A DNA stretch of 64,000 bases from Bryobacterales bacterium (GTDB taxonomy: Bacteria > Acidobacteriota > Terriglobia > Bryobacterales > UBA6623): contig OY729428.2 in assembly GCA_963422375.2 (NCBI GenBank), positions 1,152,001-1,216,000 of the forward strand, written 5' to 3'. Below are positions 28,961 to 39,049 of the stretch, one piece after another. The position numbers were made by a program, and so were the translations under genes. The notes beneath the pieces are model-generated. The model was not told the DNA's origin. It searched no databases and saw only the letters and a list, made by a program, of their open reading frames with translations. Each line of letters opens with the position of its first letter. The first letter of the stretch is position 1.

Positions 28961-30771
28961 CGCGATTCGGCATCCCGTTGTCGCGTCAGGGAGAACTCTG
29001 CGCCTTCTACGATCCGGATGAACTTGCCAGTCGGCACGTTGGTCAGCACGTCGCGCGAGGACGCATAGGGCCAGTCGATCTCGATCGAGTCGGCATGCTC
29101 GTGCGAACCCATGCCGAAGTGCAGCCGGAAGTCGCTGCTCGACATGAAGCTCGAACCGGATCGAACCTCTTGGACCATGTGTCGCTCGCCCACCCTGACG
29201 GTCACGCGGGCACCGATCGCGCTGCAGTTCGACTTCGTTCCCACCAAGTCGACCGACAAGAAACCACCCGCGCCCTCTGTGTCGTTGCGCAGCAGGCTCG
29301 GACGCTCGTTCATGTTGTTGACGAACACGTCGACGTCGCCGTCGTTGTCGTAGTCGCCAACGGCCAGGCCGCGGCTCGAATGCGCCGCGGCCAGGCCGGG
29401 CCCGCCCGAGACGCCGACCTCCTCGAGCGCCCGGCCTTCAACGTTGCGATATAGCAACCGTCGCTGTCTGTACGGGTTGTTCGGCAGGCGGGACTCGATC
29501 TCCGGATACACGTGGCCGTTGGCGACGACGATGTCGGGCCAGGTGTCGAGGTCGACGTCGAGCGCCGCGACTCCCCAGCCCATGTAGCCCGAGCTCACCC
29601 CGCCACCCATCGCGTGGACGCGGTCATCAAAGGAGGCGGTCCCGCTGGCGAGGTAGAAGTTCGAGGTCTCCTGGATGAAGTTGGTCTTGACGAGATCGAG
29701 ATGCCCGTCGCCGTCGAGGTCTGTCGCGGCCGACCCCATGCCCGCTTGGACCCTGCCGTGCTCGTCGAGCGCGGCCCCGCTCGCAATGCCGACCTCCTTG
29801 AACGAGCCGTCGCCGAGGTTCCGGAAGAGCGCGCTCGCCTGCGAGTCCACGGCGACGTAGATATCGGTCCAGCCGTCGGCGTCCATGTCCAGCGTCGTGA
29901 CCGACAGCGAATAGCGCGCCCCCGCCGCCGCGACCCCGGCCGCGCGCGAGACGTCTTCGAAGCGGCCGTCACCGAGGTTCCGGTACAGCTCGTCGGTCTC
30001 GGCCGGCAGGCCCCGGGGGCCGCACAGCACGGCCTGCCCCTTCCACCTGCAGCTGGGAGCGCTGCCCCGGACCGGCACCCTGTCCCTGTCGAAGACCAAG
30101 TAGTTGGCAACGAAGAGGTCGAGAAGGCCGTCACGATCGAAGTCGAGGAAGGCGCAGCCGGTCGACCAGCGCCTGCCAGCCGCGATGCCGGACGGCGCCG
30201 TGACGTCGGCGAACGAGCCGGAGCCGTCGTTGCGCATGAGGAGGTTCGGCCCGAAGAACGTTACGAACAGGTCCTCGAATCCGTCGTTGTCGATGTCGCC
30301 GACGCAGGCACCCTGGCCCCATCCGTCGCTGGCCAGTCCGGCCTTCTCGGTTACGTTCTCGAATGTGCCGTCGCGCCTGTTGCGATAGAGATGGTTGCTG
30401 GGTCTCGATTCCGGCCGAAGGGGCTCGAGGGTGCTGCCGGAAACGAAGAAGGCGTCGAGGAAGCCGTCGTGGTCGTAGTCCAGCAGGGCCACGCCGCCGC
30501 CGAGCGTCTCGAGGATGTAGTCCTTCCGATCATCGCGCCCGCAGTAGAAGACGTCCGTGAGGCCCGATTCGGCCGCGACGTCAACGAATCCGGGCGCTGC
30601 AAGGGCTGCGGCGGCACCTATGAAGGTCGAGCCCATCGCGAGCGGGGTGGCGGGAAGCCGCGTTAGCAGGGCAGCTAGGCTGGCTAGCAGGCCCGTCCGA
30701 GTCGACGGTGTCCTAGCGGACGCACCCGGTCCAACTGTGGAGAAAACGACATCGCTCGCCTTCATTCGCAC
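28915..30771 (-). CDS. CRTAC1-family protein (FG-GAP + ASPIC/UnbV), third paralog
   Basis: DYDHDGFLD, DIDNDGFED, DFDRDGLLD, CRWKG..VLCGPRGL, SNCSAIGARV…LHFGMG; extreme C-terminus runs into the IS remnant; start uncertain. Confidence 0.92.
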   Translation of the reverse strand: MRMKASDVVFSTVGPGASARTPSTRTGLLASLAALLTRLPATPLAMGSTFIGAAAALAAPGFVDVAAESGLTDVFYCGRDDRKDYILETLGGGVALLDYDHDGFLDAFFVSGSTLEPLRPESRPSNHLYRNRRDGTFENVTEKAGLASDGWGQGACVGDIDNDGFEDLFVTFFGPNLLMRNDGSGSFADVTAPSGIAAGRRWSTGCAFLDFDRDGLLDLFVANYLVFDRDRVPVRGSAPSCRWKGQAVLCGPRGLPAETDELYRNLGDGRFEDVSRAAGVAAAGARYSLSVTTLDMDADGWTDIYVAVDSQASALFRNLGDGSFKEVGIASGAALDEHGRVQAGMGSAATDLDGDGHLDLVKTNFIQETSNFYLASGTASFDDRVHAMGGGVSSGYMGWGVAALDVDLDTWPDIVVANGHVYPEIESRLPNNPYRQRRLLYRNVEGRALEEVGVSGGPGLAAAHSSRGLAVGDYDNDGDVDVFVNNMNERPSLLRNDTEGAGGFLSVDLVGTKSNCSAIGARVTVRVGERHMVQEVRSGSSFMSSSDFRLHFGMGSHEHADSIEIDWPYASSRDVLTNVPTGKFIRIVEGAEFSLTRQRDAESRSTCDVSRHRTIGTP

Positions 30772-30862
30772 GCCCCCGGCACCCGATTGGTACCTGCAAC
30801 TGCGCGATCCGGGGACGGCATAGTCCCGGCCGTGCCCGGTGTCCGAGAGTGCCCGGGAATGG

Positions 30863-30897
30863 GTGGTCCGTCCCGCCCGCTAGGCGGGACGGACCAC
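30863..30897 (-). terminator. Strong hairpin downstream of the TBDR gene (terminator or stability element)
   Basis: Perfect 15-bp stem GTGGTCCGTCCCGCC / GGCGGGACGGACCAC with a 5-nt loop, about 24 nt after the TBDR stop; no poly-U tail. Confidence 0.6.
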
Positions 30898-30920
30898 GTC
30901 GGACGCCCACGGGCTGCCGA

Positions 30921-33900
30921 CTACCATTGCACCCGCATGCGGAACTGGATCGTCCGCGGGCCCTTCGGCTGCTCCGGCACGATCCTCCCGAAGCTCGAGC
31001 TGTTGATGTTGTTGCCGAACCTGCCCGCGATCCAGCGGTGCCGGTTCAAGCAGTTGAAGCAGTCCGCCCCGATCTGGAGCCGCACGTTCTCCGTCACTGG
31101 AATCTTCTTGAGCAGCGAGAAGTTCTCGTTGAAGTTGGGGCACTGCCGGGTTTCCTGATCGACCTCGGGGGCGTTGCCGAGCACGTAGTCGCCGGGCGGA
31201 AGCCAAGCCTGGGGCCTGTTCGGCGTGACCTGGCTCGGATTGCCGGCATTCAGGATGTAGTTTCGCTGGGGATCCCCGAAGACCATGTCGCCGCAGCCGA
31301 TATTGCTGCGCCACGGCACCTCCAAGGCGCGGTCGGCCAAGTTGCGCACGCCGCCTGGAATCCCGACCGAGAGCCCGCCCGAGGTCGAAATCGGAAAGCC
31401 GTTGACGTACTCCTGCACGCCGGCCACGGTCCAGCCGCCCAGCGCGTACTTGCTGAACAGGCTGCTGCTCCCCCAGCGCTGGCCCGGCCCGAACGGGAGA
31501 TCGTAGGAGTAGTTGAAGACCACTCGGTGGGTGGTGTCGTAGCGATTGATCCGCTTGTCTGTCCTGCGATTGTACGAGTTGCGGGTGTTGCTGCCGAAGG
31601 CCCCTGGAGCCCAGTCCACGTCGCCCAGCTGCTTGGCGAGCGTCCAGTGACCGAGGAAGGAGAGGCCGTTGGAATAGCGCTTCGTCGCCTTGAGCATGAA
31701 GGCGTTGTAATTCATGCCCGTGTTGATGCCGGCATCGTTGGAGATGTTGCCGTACTGCGGGAATCGCCGCAGGGCCCGCTGCAGCGGCAGCCCGTCCGGG
31801 AATTCCGGAAACGGCTTGCCGAAACCGGCATCCGCCACAGCCGGATCGTTGATCGGCAGGTTCAGCAGGGGCCCGAGGCTCCAGTAGTCGGGATGCAGGT
31901 CGTTGATCCGCTCGTGATCGGCGTTGTTCCGGCCCATGTTGGAGTAGAAGCTCGTCTCGAGCACCCAGCTGCGGAAAAACTCCCGCTGGAAGCCTGCGGT
32001 GATCATGTAGAGAACCGGCGGCGTCCCGATCGTGGCGGGGTTCATCCAGTTCGAAATGTTCTGGTTGTTCAGGAACGTCGGGTCGATGAACGGCGGCGTG
32101 CCGAGCTGAGAGGCCGGGAAGCCGTCGTCCCATTCGTAGTAAGGGGCGTACGGGTCGGTGCGCTGCGGGGGGTTCCCCCGGGCCTCGTGCCCCGTGCGCA
32201 GGACCGATCGAATGTTCGTGTTCTGGATGGCCATGTACTGGACACCGGCACCCGCGCGGAACACCAGCTTGTCGGTGATCTGGAAGGCGAGCCCGGCGCG
32301 CGGCCCGAGGTTGGCGTACGTCGGGTCGCCGACTCGCAGCCTGCCGTTCGCCCCGGGAGCGGTGCCGTAGAATTCGAGCGCCCCGCGGTAGCCTGTCACA
32401 CCGGAATTCTCCAGCGTCTCGTCGAAGCCCGTGAACTGGCCGCGATTCTCCTTGAACGGTAACTGCAGGTCCCATCGCAGGCCGAGATTCAGCGTCAGCC
32501 GAGGATGGATTTTCCAGTCGTCCTGCACGTAGACGGCGTGATGCGCCTCGCGCTCTTCCAAGGCAAGACCCGCGGCCGTGCCGACGAAGTTCGGCAGTCC
32601 TAGGAAGAAATCAGCGAGATGGAAGCCGCCCTGCCCGTTGGTGTCCTGAGTCTCGCTGCCGAGGTTGCCCTCCGAGACGCCGAACAGGTACGTGCCGGCC
32701 GCCCCGACAGTGAGGCCTCCGGCGAAGCCGCCCCGGTCGTGCCGGTCCACTCTCCAGTTCTGGCCCTGGTAGCCGAACTTGATCGCGTGCGCGCCTTTAT
32801 TCCAAAGGGTGCTGTAGGCCCAGTTGGTGATCAGCCGCGACTCGCTGTTGGCGGGCGGGTTGGCGCAGATCGACACCCCGAAACTGGAGGCCCGGGCCAG
32901 CTGGATCCACGGGCACTCGTTGCTCGGCATGCCGGTGAGTCCCAACTGGTCTGAAATCCCTTGGCCGAAGTTGTTCTGCTCTTGGCCGAAGTCGTTGTAG
33001 TTGACGCCGACAAGCAGCTGATGGACGATTGACGGACTCTGGATCCAAGAATAATCGGCGCGCAGGCGGTGGTAGCGGCTGTAATCGGTCCTGCCGAAGC
33101 TGCCGTCAAGGATCCCGCCTGGGTCGCTGCCGATTCTCGGTGCCGTGCCGTACTGGTAGAACGACGCAAGCCGGTGCCGGTCGTTGAAATGGTGGTCGAT
33201 CTTCGTGGTCAGGTCCCACGGCTTGAACGAGGTCGCGACGCTTCCCACGTGGTTGAGTTCCGGCGTGTCGCGCGCATTGGGCAGCGGCAGCAGCTGCATC
33301 ACGTTGCCGCTGACGCGGCTCAGCCTGCTCACCGGGATCTGGTTGTTCACGAACGGGCGGAAGCGAACCTGCTCCTCGGCGTCTCGGTACTGGTCCATGC
33401 GGTCGTACAGCCGGTTGAGGTCGGGGTGCGAGAAGTCGCCTTTGCGCATGGCGGCGGTCGGCAGCGTGAGGAAGTTCGTCGCGCTGCCCGTCGCGCTCTG
33501 GCGGTAGTAGGCCAGCGTGCTCCAAAAGAACGTCTTGTTGCGCCCGTCATAGATCTTCGGGATCAGCACCGGCCCGCCGCCGGCAATGCCGAATTCGTTG
33601 TTGCGGCTGTTCGAGCGCTCGGCTGCCTGCCACGGCCGCGCGTTGACGAACGAGTTGTTGTGGTAGTTCCATACCGAGCCGTGGAAGTCGTTCGTGCCGG
33701 ACTTGGTCGCATAGGTGATCAGGCCCCCGCTGCTGCGACCGTACTCGGCGGACATGTTGCTGAGCAGCATCTTGTACTCGCCGATCGCTTCGACGCTCGG
33801 CTCGGTGTTGCGCGCACCCTCGCCGACTTGGTTGTTCGTGATCTCCGTGGAGAGACCGTCCAGCAGCATCACGGTGTTCAGAGTGCGCGATCCGGCGATG

Positions 33901-34421
33901 TTGCCGCGCCCGTTGGTCTCGTTGACGCCCGGGGAAAGCGAAATGTACTGGTAGGGGCGCCGTTTCTGCCCTTGCACCGGAATGGGCGCGTGCCGCATCA
34001 GATTCTCCTCGATGGCGGCGCCCACCGTCGTATCGCTTGTCTCGAGCTGGGCTACCGCGGCCGAGACGCTTACTTCCTCCGCAACCGCCTCCACGCGCAT
34101 CTCGACGTTCACGGTCGTTTCCGAGGCGGTCGTGATCAGCACGCCCGTCGTGACGCTCGTGGCAAAGCCGGGAGACGTCACGCGCACCTCGTAGGTCCCG
34201 AACGGCAGGTACACGACGTACTGGCCCACTTCGTTTGCCGTGAGGGCCTGCGTCACACCGGTGGAGGGGTTGGTGACTTGGATCTCGGCGCCCGGGATGA
34301 CTGCACCGGACAGGTCGGCGATCCGCCCGTTGAGCTGGCCCTGAGTTGTCTGGGCCAAGACCGGCGAGGCGAGAGTCGCGGCTAGGACGGCGATCGCGAC
34401 CGCGAGGACGAGTCTGTACAT
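30921..34421 (-). CDS. TonB-dependent receptor, Oar-like, with N-terminal carboxypeptidase-regulatory-like domain
   Basis: GGAGG SD and ATG 34421; signal peptide; GRIADLSGAVIPGA, SAEYGRSSGG, TKSGTNDFHG, YVQDDWK…TLNLGLRWD, terminal PRTIQFRMRVQW. Confidence 0.93.
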   Translation of the reverse strand: MYRLVLAVAIAVLAATLASPVLAQTTQGQLNGRIADLSGAVIPGAEIQVTNPSTGVTQALTANEVGQYVVYLPFGTYEVRVTSPGFATSVTTGVLITTASETTVNVEMRVEAVAEEVSVSAAVAQLETSDTTVGAAIEENLMRHAPIPVQGQKRRPYQYISLSPGVNETNGRGNIAGSRTLNTVMLLDGLSTEITNNQVGEGARNTEPSVEAIGEYKMLLSNMSAEYGRSSGGLITYATKSGTNDFHGSVWNYHNNSFVNARPWQAAERSNSRNNEFGIAGGGPVLIPKIYDGRNKTFFWSTLAYYRQSATGSATNFLTLPTAAMRKGDFSHPDLNRLYDRMDQYRDAEEQVRFRPFVNNQIPVSRLSRVSGNVMQLLPLPNARDTPELNHVGSVATSFKPWDLTTKIDHHFNDRHRLASFYQYGTAPRIGSDPGGILDGSFGRTDYSRYHRLRADYSWIQSPSIVHQLLVGVNYNDFGQEQNNFGQGISDQLGLTGMPSNECPWIQLARASSFGVSICANPPANSESRLITNWAYSTLWNKGAHAIKFGYQGQNWRVDRHDRGGFAGGLTVGAAGTYLFGVSEGNLGSETQDTNGQGGFHLADFFLGLPNFVGTAAGLALEEREAHHAVYVQDDWKIHPRLTLNLGLRWDLQLPFKENRGQFTGFDETLENSGVTGYRGALEFYGTAPGANGRLRVGDPTYANLGPRAGLAFQITDKLVFRAGAGVQYMAIQNTNIRSVLRTGHEARGNPPQRTDPYAPYYEWDDGFPASQLGTPPFIDPTFLNNQNISNWMNPATIGTPPVLYMITAGFQREFFRSWVLETSFYSNMGRNNADHERINDLHPDYWSLGPLLNLPINDPAVADAGFGKPFPEFPDGLPLQRALRRFPQYGNISNDAGINTGMNYNAFMLKATKRYSNGLSFLGHWTLAKQLGDVDWAPGAFGSNTRNSYNRRTDKRINRYDTTHRVVFNYSYDLPFGPGQRWGSSSLFSKYALGGWTVAGVQEYVNGFPISTSGGLSVGIPGGVRNLADRALEVPWRSNIGCGDMVFGDPQRNYILNAGNPSQVTPNRPQAWLPPGDYVLGNAPEVDQETRQCPNFNENFSLLKKIPVTENVRLQIGADCFNCLNRHRWIAGRFGNNINSSSFGRIVPEQPKGPRTIQFRMRVQW

Positions 34422-34889
34422 CGTTGGCACCTCCGAAACGATTCCGAGCGTGCGCCGGACGTTCGGTGCTAATCGTCTCACGTCGCGCGCCCCAGGTCAA
34501 CCGGAAATCGCGGTCCCGGGCGTCCAATCCGCACGCAGCCGCGAGCGGGCCGCCCGAAGATCCAGCGCGCCCCTGCCACCCACCGGACGCGACACTTCCG
34601 GCTTGGGGTCGGCGTCCCGAGGCTGCCCGCATCGCCGGTCTGCGGGCCGCCGGCGCGCTCCTAGCAATGCCGTGCGGCCCACCCGCCCGGATCGTCCCGA
34701 TTCGGGCCCGTCGAAACGGTGCCGCGGAGCCCGGCGGACCCGCTCGTGCTAGAGTCCGGCTTCGGTCCTCACCAGCCGATTGATTGCGGACTGCCGTCCG
34801 CCGGGATGCATTGCGAGCCAACGCAACGAACGAGCGCGAGCCTCGCAGCGGCGGCTGCCACGGCACCCGGGGCAGAAGCTGCGCCGGAC

Positions 34890-35758
34890 GTGCCGATCTC
34901 GCCGATCCCCGCGGCCAACGTGGCCGCCGTGCCCCAGCGCAGCCCGCTGTGCTACCCGGGAGGCAAGACGTGGCTGATTCCTCATGTCCGGTCGTGGCTG
35001 CGGCAGTGCGGCCCGAACGTCCCGCTGATCATCGAGCCGTTCGCCGGCGGAGGAATCGTTTCCATCACCGCTGTCATGGAATACCTGGCGCGCAGCTGCC
35101 TCATGGCCGAGCTCGACCGGGACGTGGCGGTCTTCTGGCATGCGAGTCTCTCCGCCGGCCGCGCCCTCGCCCGTCGCATCCGGGAATTCGAGCCCTCGCG
35201 GGAGGCCGTCGACGCCCTTTCGGAGGGACCCGTCTCGGACGTGCTCGATCACGGCTTCCGGACGCTGGTAATCAAGCAGGACGCGCCGCAGCAGCATCCT
35301 CGCGCCGGGCGCCTCGTTCCCGCGCGCCGGCGAGAACGGCAGGGGCATCGCATCGCGCTGGTACGCCGCAACGCTCGCGCGCAGGATCGAAGAGATTCGG
35401 TCGGTACGCCGACCGCATACGGTTCGCCGAGACCGACGGACTGGCACTGCTCGAGACGCTCGCCCCGTGCCTCCGAAAGAGCGACGCCGTGATCTTCGTC
35501 GACCCGCCGTACACGGCCGGCGGCAAGCGAGCGGGCAGGCGACTTTACTCGCATTCGGAAGTCGATCACTCCGCCCTGTTCGCAATCCTGGCGGACTGCG
35601 ACGCGCGATTCATGCTGACGTACGACTGCACGCCGGAGATACTCGATCTCGTGCGCTGACATGGCTTCTCCGCCGTCAGGGTGTTCATGAAGAACTCGCA
35701 TCACAGGCGCATTCCGGAACTGGTAATCACCCGGAGCCCGGCCTTTTCCGAGGCGTGA
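34890..35758 (+). pseudogene. Dam-family (D12 class) adenine methyltransferase pseudogene
   Basis: SPLCYPGGKTW, IEPFAGGG and VIFVDPPY lie in different frames; in-frame TGA at 35657-35659 followed by a further 32 plausible codons. Confidence 0.88.
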
Positions 35759-35908
35759 GGCATGCCGGGCATCTGCCCCGGCAGGCGGTCCGACGCACGA
35801 GCCACGGAAGTGCGCAGACGCCTTGACCGACGGGCGAACGAGGTTCCCGGCCCGCTCGGATGCGGGCAGTCCTTTGAGGTACTCGATCCGCGGGGAGGGC
35901 GCGCCCGC

Positions 35909-37147
35909 TCAGGCGGCCGCCCCGAAAGCCCCGGCCAGCACGCCGTGGACCTTCCGGCCCACGACCCGCTCCTCGCCCGGGCCCAGCATCCACACGGCCA
36001 CTTCCAAGCCGTTCTCGTAGCCGGGACGCACCTCGATGCTGGGCTCGCCCCGGCGCAGCCGCTCCGCCGCCTGGGCCGGGCCCAGCCCGGCAGAAGCGTA
36101 GTCCCACTGGATGCGCACGTGGGGCACGGCGTTCGCGATCTCCGGCACGAACACCTCCGTCCGGACGCCGCGCAGGCTCGCCACAGCCTTCTCGATCCGC
36201 CTGCACCGCCGGGTCCACTCCCTCGAAGTGGCGTCGTGGTCGCGCTCCAGGAAGAGCTCCAAGGCAACCAGCATCCCTACGATCTCCTCCTTGTTGACCT
36301 TGTTGGTGCGGCCCACCGAGTCGGAGTGCGGGCTGTTGTTGAGCCGCGCCGAGCGGATCAGGTCCCGCCGGCCCAGAAGCAGGCCGGCCGACTGAGGCCC
36401 CAGCAGGCCCTTGCCGCCGGAGTAGGCGACCAGGTCGTAGCCCATCTTCGTGTAGCGGAAGAGGTTGTCGACGGGCGGGACGTCCGCGGCCGCGTCGTTC
36501 AGCGTCGGAATCCCGTGGCTCCTCCCGATGCGCACGAAGTCCTCGTGCCCGATGCGCCCGTCTCTCTCTGCGCGGTTGAGGAAAAACAGCATCGCGGTGC
36601 GCGGGCCGATCGCGCTCTCCAGCTCGTCCGCCGTCTCGACCTCCACCAGCCGCACGCCGCAGTTTCGAATCGCGTGATCGTACCCGTTGCGATGCGTGCG
36701 CTGCAGCACGACCTCGTCCTTCATGCCGGCGGTGTCGGGAAGGCGCTTGACGCGTTCCGCGTCGTCGCCCGCGACGCAGGCCGCCGTGGCGAGCGTCAGC
36801 GCGGAGGCGCAGCCCGCGGTCACCAGCGCGGCCTCGCACTCGAGCAGCTGGGCGATCCGGTCGCCCGCCTTCCCGTGCAGCTCGCCCAGGTCGACGTACC
36901 GCGTCGACGCGCCCTGCATGGCGCTCAGCACTTCCGGCGGCATCCTGGACGCGGTCAGCCTCGTGTACGTTCCGGCTGCGTTGATGAACGTCCGCACGCC
37001 AAGCTCGCCGATGACATCCCGCGCGGCGCGAATCGATTTCTTCGGCTTGGCGGCAGCCGCCGGGCCCGACGCGAGCGGCGCGACAGCTGCAGCACCGGCC
37101 ACGGATCTCAAGAAGGCGCGGCGACCGCGCGGAAGCCAGCGGAACAT
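35909..37147 (-). CDS. SelA/DgaE-like PLP-dependent enzyme with TAT-like signal
   Basis: GRRAFL leader; FINAAGTYT, DAAAD, YSGGKGLLGPQSAGLL (PLP lysine), KVNKEEIVGM. Confidence 0.88.
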   Translation of the reverse strand: MFRWLPRGRRAFLRSVAGAAAVAPLASGPAAAAKPKKSIRAARDVIGELGVRTFINAAGTYTRLTASRMPPEVLSAMQGASTRYVDLGELHGKAGDRIAQLLECEAALVTAGCASALTLATAACVAGDDAERVKRLPDTAGMKDEVVLQRTHRNGYDHAIRNCGVRLVEVETADELESAIGPRTAMLFFLNRAERDGRIGHEDFVRIGRSHGIPTLNDAAADVPPVDNLFRYTKMGYDLVAYSGGKGLLGPQSAGLLLGRRDLIRSARLNNSPHSDSVGRTNKVNKEEIVGMLVALELFLERDHDATSREWTRRCRRIEKAVASLRGVRTEVFVPEIANAVPHVRIQWDYASAGLGPAQAAERLRRGEPSIEVRPGYENGLEVAVWMLGPGEERVVGRKVHGVLAGAFGAAA

Positions 37148-37209
37148 TGGAAGCCCTAACCCAATCCGCCTACAGCGTACATCACGAACCGGCACGGCCG
37201 ACGAGGCCG

Positions 37210-37851
37210 TCAGAGCTCCTTGATACGAATGTTCCGGAACGCGACGGGCTCGTTGTGCCCGAGAAAGCCCACGTGCCCGCTCGCCCGCTTCAAGCCGGGA
37301 TGGCCGGAGAGGATTCTGCGGTCCGTCACCTCGGCAGCGTCCGCGTCCAAGATCAGCTGCCCGTTGAGCACGACCCGAACCTTCGTGCCCCGGACCGTCA
37401 CCTCCTGGAAGTTCCACTCCCCGACCGGCTCGAGCGCGCCGGTCTTCGCCGGGAATACATGGTAGAGCGAGCCGTGCTTCTGCCACGGCTTGATGTCCCG
37501 GTAGCGGGCCGCGCTGTTGTCGATGATCTGGAGCTCGTTGCCGTCGTAGGCCAGGCGGCGCCACGCGAGCGGGCAGCGGATGCACAGGCCGTTGTTGGAT
37601 CCGTCCTCGAGGCGGAACTCGAAGCGCAGGATGAAATCGGAGTATTCCGCAGCGGAGAGCAGGTTCCCGCCGCTCTCTCGCGGGCAGACGATCTTCCCGT
37701 CTTCCACGACGTAGCCGTCGCCGTGCTGTCCGAGCAGCACCCAGCCGTCCAGCGACGAGCCGTCGAAGAGGCTCTTGAAGCCCTCCTCCGCCCGCGCGAG
37801 CGGACCGGACGCCAGGAAGGCGAAGCACAGAGCGAGAGCCAGCCGTTGCAC
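37210..37851 (-). CDS. DUF1080 (3-keto-disaccharide hydrolase-like) secreted protein
   Basis: Signal peptide; GFKSLFDGSSLDGW, YSDFILRFEF, ELQIID, GEWN, VAFRNIRIKEL. Confidence 0.92.
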   Translation of the reverse strand: MQRLALALCFAFLASGPLARAEEGFKSLFDGSSLDGWVLLGQHGDGYVVEDGKIVCPRESGGNLLSAAEYSDFILRFEFRLEDGSNNGLCIRCPLAWRRLAYDGNELQIIDNSAARYRDIKPWQKHGSLYHVFPAKTGALEPVGEWNFQEVTVRGTKVRVVLNGQLILDADAAEVTDRRILSGHPGLKRASGHVGFLGHNEPVAFRNIRIKEL

Positions 37852-37945
37852 TGTCGGACCTGATTCTAGCAGGCAGGCCGCGCCAGCCGCCCGTCGCCGG
37901 GCGGCCCTTGCAGGCGGCCCGGGCGAATCTGCACAATGAGTGGCG

Positions 37946-38323
37946 ATGGAGAGCAGCCTGTTCGAGCTCATCGGCGAGGAGGGATTCGAGCGCCTGACGC
38001 TGGCATTCTACGCCCAAGTGCCGGCCGACGACATCCTAGGACCCATGTACCCCGCCGGTCAGGTCGAGGCGGCGCGGGTACGCCTGCGCGATTTCCTGGT
38101 GGGCAGGTTCGGCGGTCCCCAGCGCTACATCCGGCAGCGAGGGCATCCCCGTCTGCGAATGCGGCACATGCCATTCCCGGTCGACGCCCGCGCCCGCGAC
38201 CGGTGGATGCAGCTGATGTCGAAGGCCTTGGACGAGTGCGCGTTCGCCCCGGCGGTCAGGCGGACGCTGCTGAGGTACTTCGCCGACACGGCCACGTTCA
38301 TGATCAACCGGAACCCCTCCTAG
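37946..38323 (+). CDS. glbO: Group II truncated hemoglobin
   Basis: FY..V..DDILGPMY, FGGPQRY, GHPRLRMRH, RDRW. Confidence 0.9.
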   Translation: MESSLFELIGEEGFERLTLAFYAQVPADDILGPMYPAGQVEAARVRLRDFLVGRFGGPQRYIRQRGHPRLRMRHMPFPVDARARDRWMQLMSKALDECAFAPAVRRTLLRYFADTATFMINRNPS

Positions 38324-38326
38324 CGC

Positions 38327-38992
38327 TCACTTCCCGGCCAGTTCCTGGAACGCGTCGGCCACCTGGCGCGCGATGATCTCGTTGCCCCGGGCGTTCGGAT
38401 GGATGCCGTCGCGATTGTTCAGATCCCGCACCATCGCGACGTTCTCGAGGAGGAACGGGATCAGGGGCGTCTCGAGTTCTGCGGCGACGCGCGGATAGAT
38501 CGCGTCGAATTCGCGCACGTAGTCGGGCCCGTAGTTGCGCGGCAGCTTCATGCCCGCCAGGATCACCCGCGCCCCGCCGTCCCTGAACCGCGCGACCATC
38601 TCGCCGAGGTTGCTCTCCAGCGCGTCCAGCGGCAGCCCGCGCAGGCCGTCGTTCGCCCCGACCGCCAGCACGACCCATTCCGGCCCGTGGGCCAAGGCGG
38701 CGTCCACGCGGCTCATGGCCCTGGCGGTCGTGTCGCCGCTGACGCCTTCGTTGACCACGCGCACGGCGAGTCCGCGACGATCGACCTCGCGCTGCAGGAA
38801 GGCCGGGTAGGACTCGTCCCGGGCGACGCCGTGCCCTGCCGTGAGGCTGTCCCCGAACGCGACCAGCACTGGCCGCGGGTCGCTGGCCGGGACGGGCGCC
38901 TCCCCCAGCGCGGCCGGGGCTTCCGTCCCGGCCGGCTCGGGCGCGCCGCAGGCGGCCATGAGCGCGGCCCACACGGCGAGAGATCCGGCCAT
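38327..38992 (-). CDS. tesA: SGNH/GDSL arylesterase (TesA-like), probable lipoprotein
   Basis: FGDSLTAG, NEGVSGDTT, GANDGLRG, DGIHPN; LMAAC lipobox-like sequence; divergent from ybbA; start may be 39019. Confidence 0.88.
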   Translation of the reverse strand: MAGSLAVWAALMAACGAPEPAGTEAPAALGEAPVPASDPRPVLVAFGDSLTAGHGVARDESYPAFLQREVDRRGLAVRVVNEGVSGDTTARAMSRVDAALAHGPEWVVLAVGANDGLRGLPLDALESNLGEMVARFRDGGARVILAGMKLPRNYGPDYVREFDAIYPRVAAELETPLIPFLLENVAMVRDLNNRDGIHPNARGNEIIARQVADAFQELAGK

Positions 38993-39049
38993 GCGTAACG
39001 CCTCGCAGCGTCCGAGCATCTAATCATGATAGGGAACCGCGCTCAGCTC

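Noticed and set aside
35909..37147. True selenocysteine synthase selA
   Set aside because: Has an export-like leader, is shorter than SelA, and no sel genes or tRNA-Sec are nearby.
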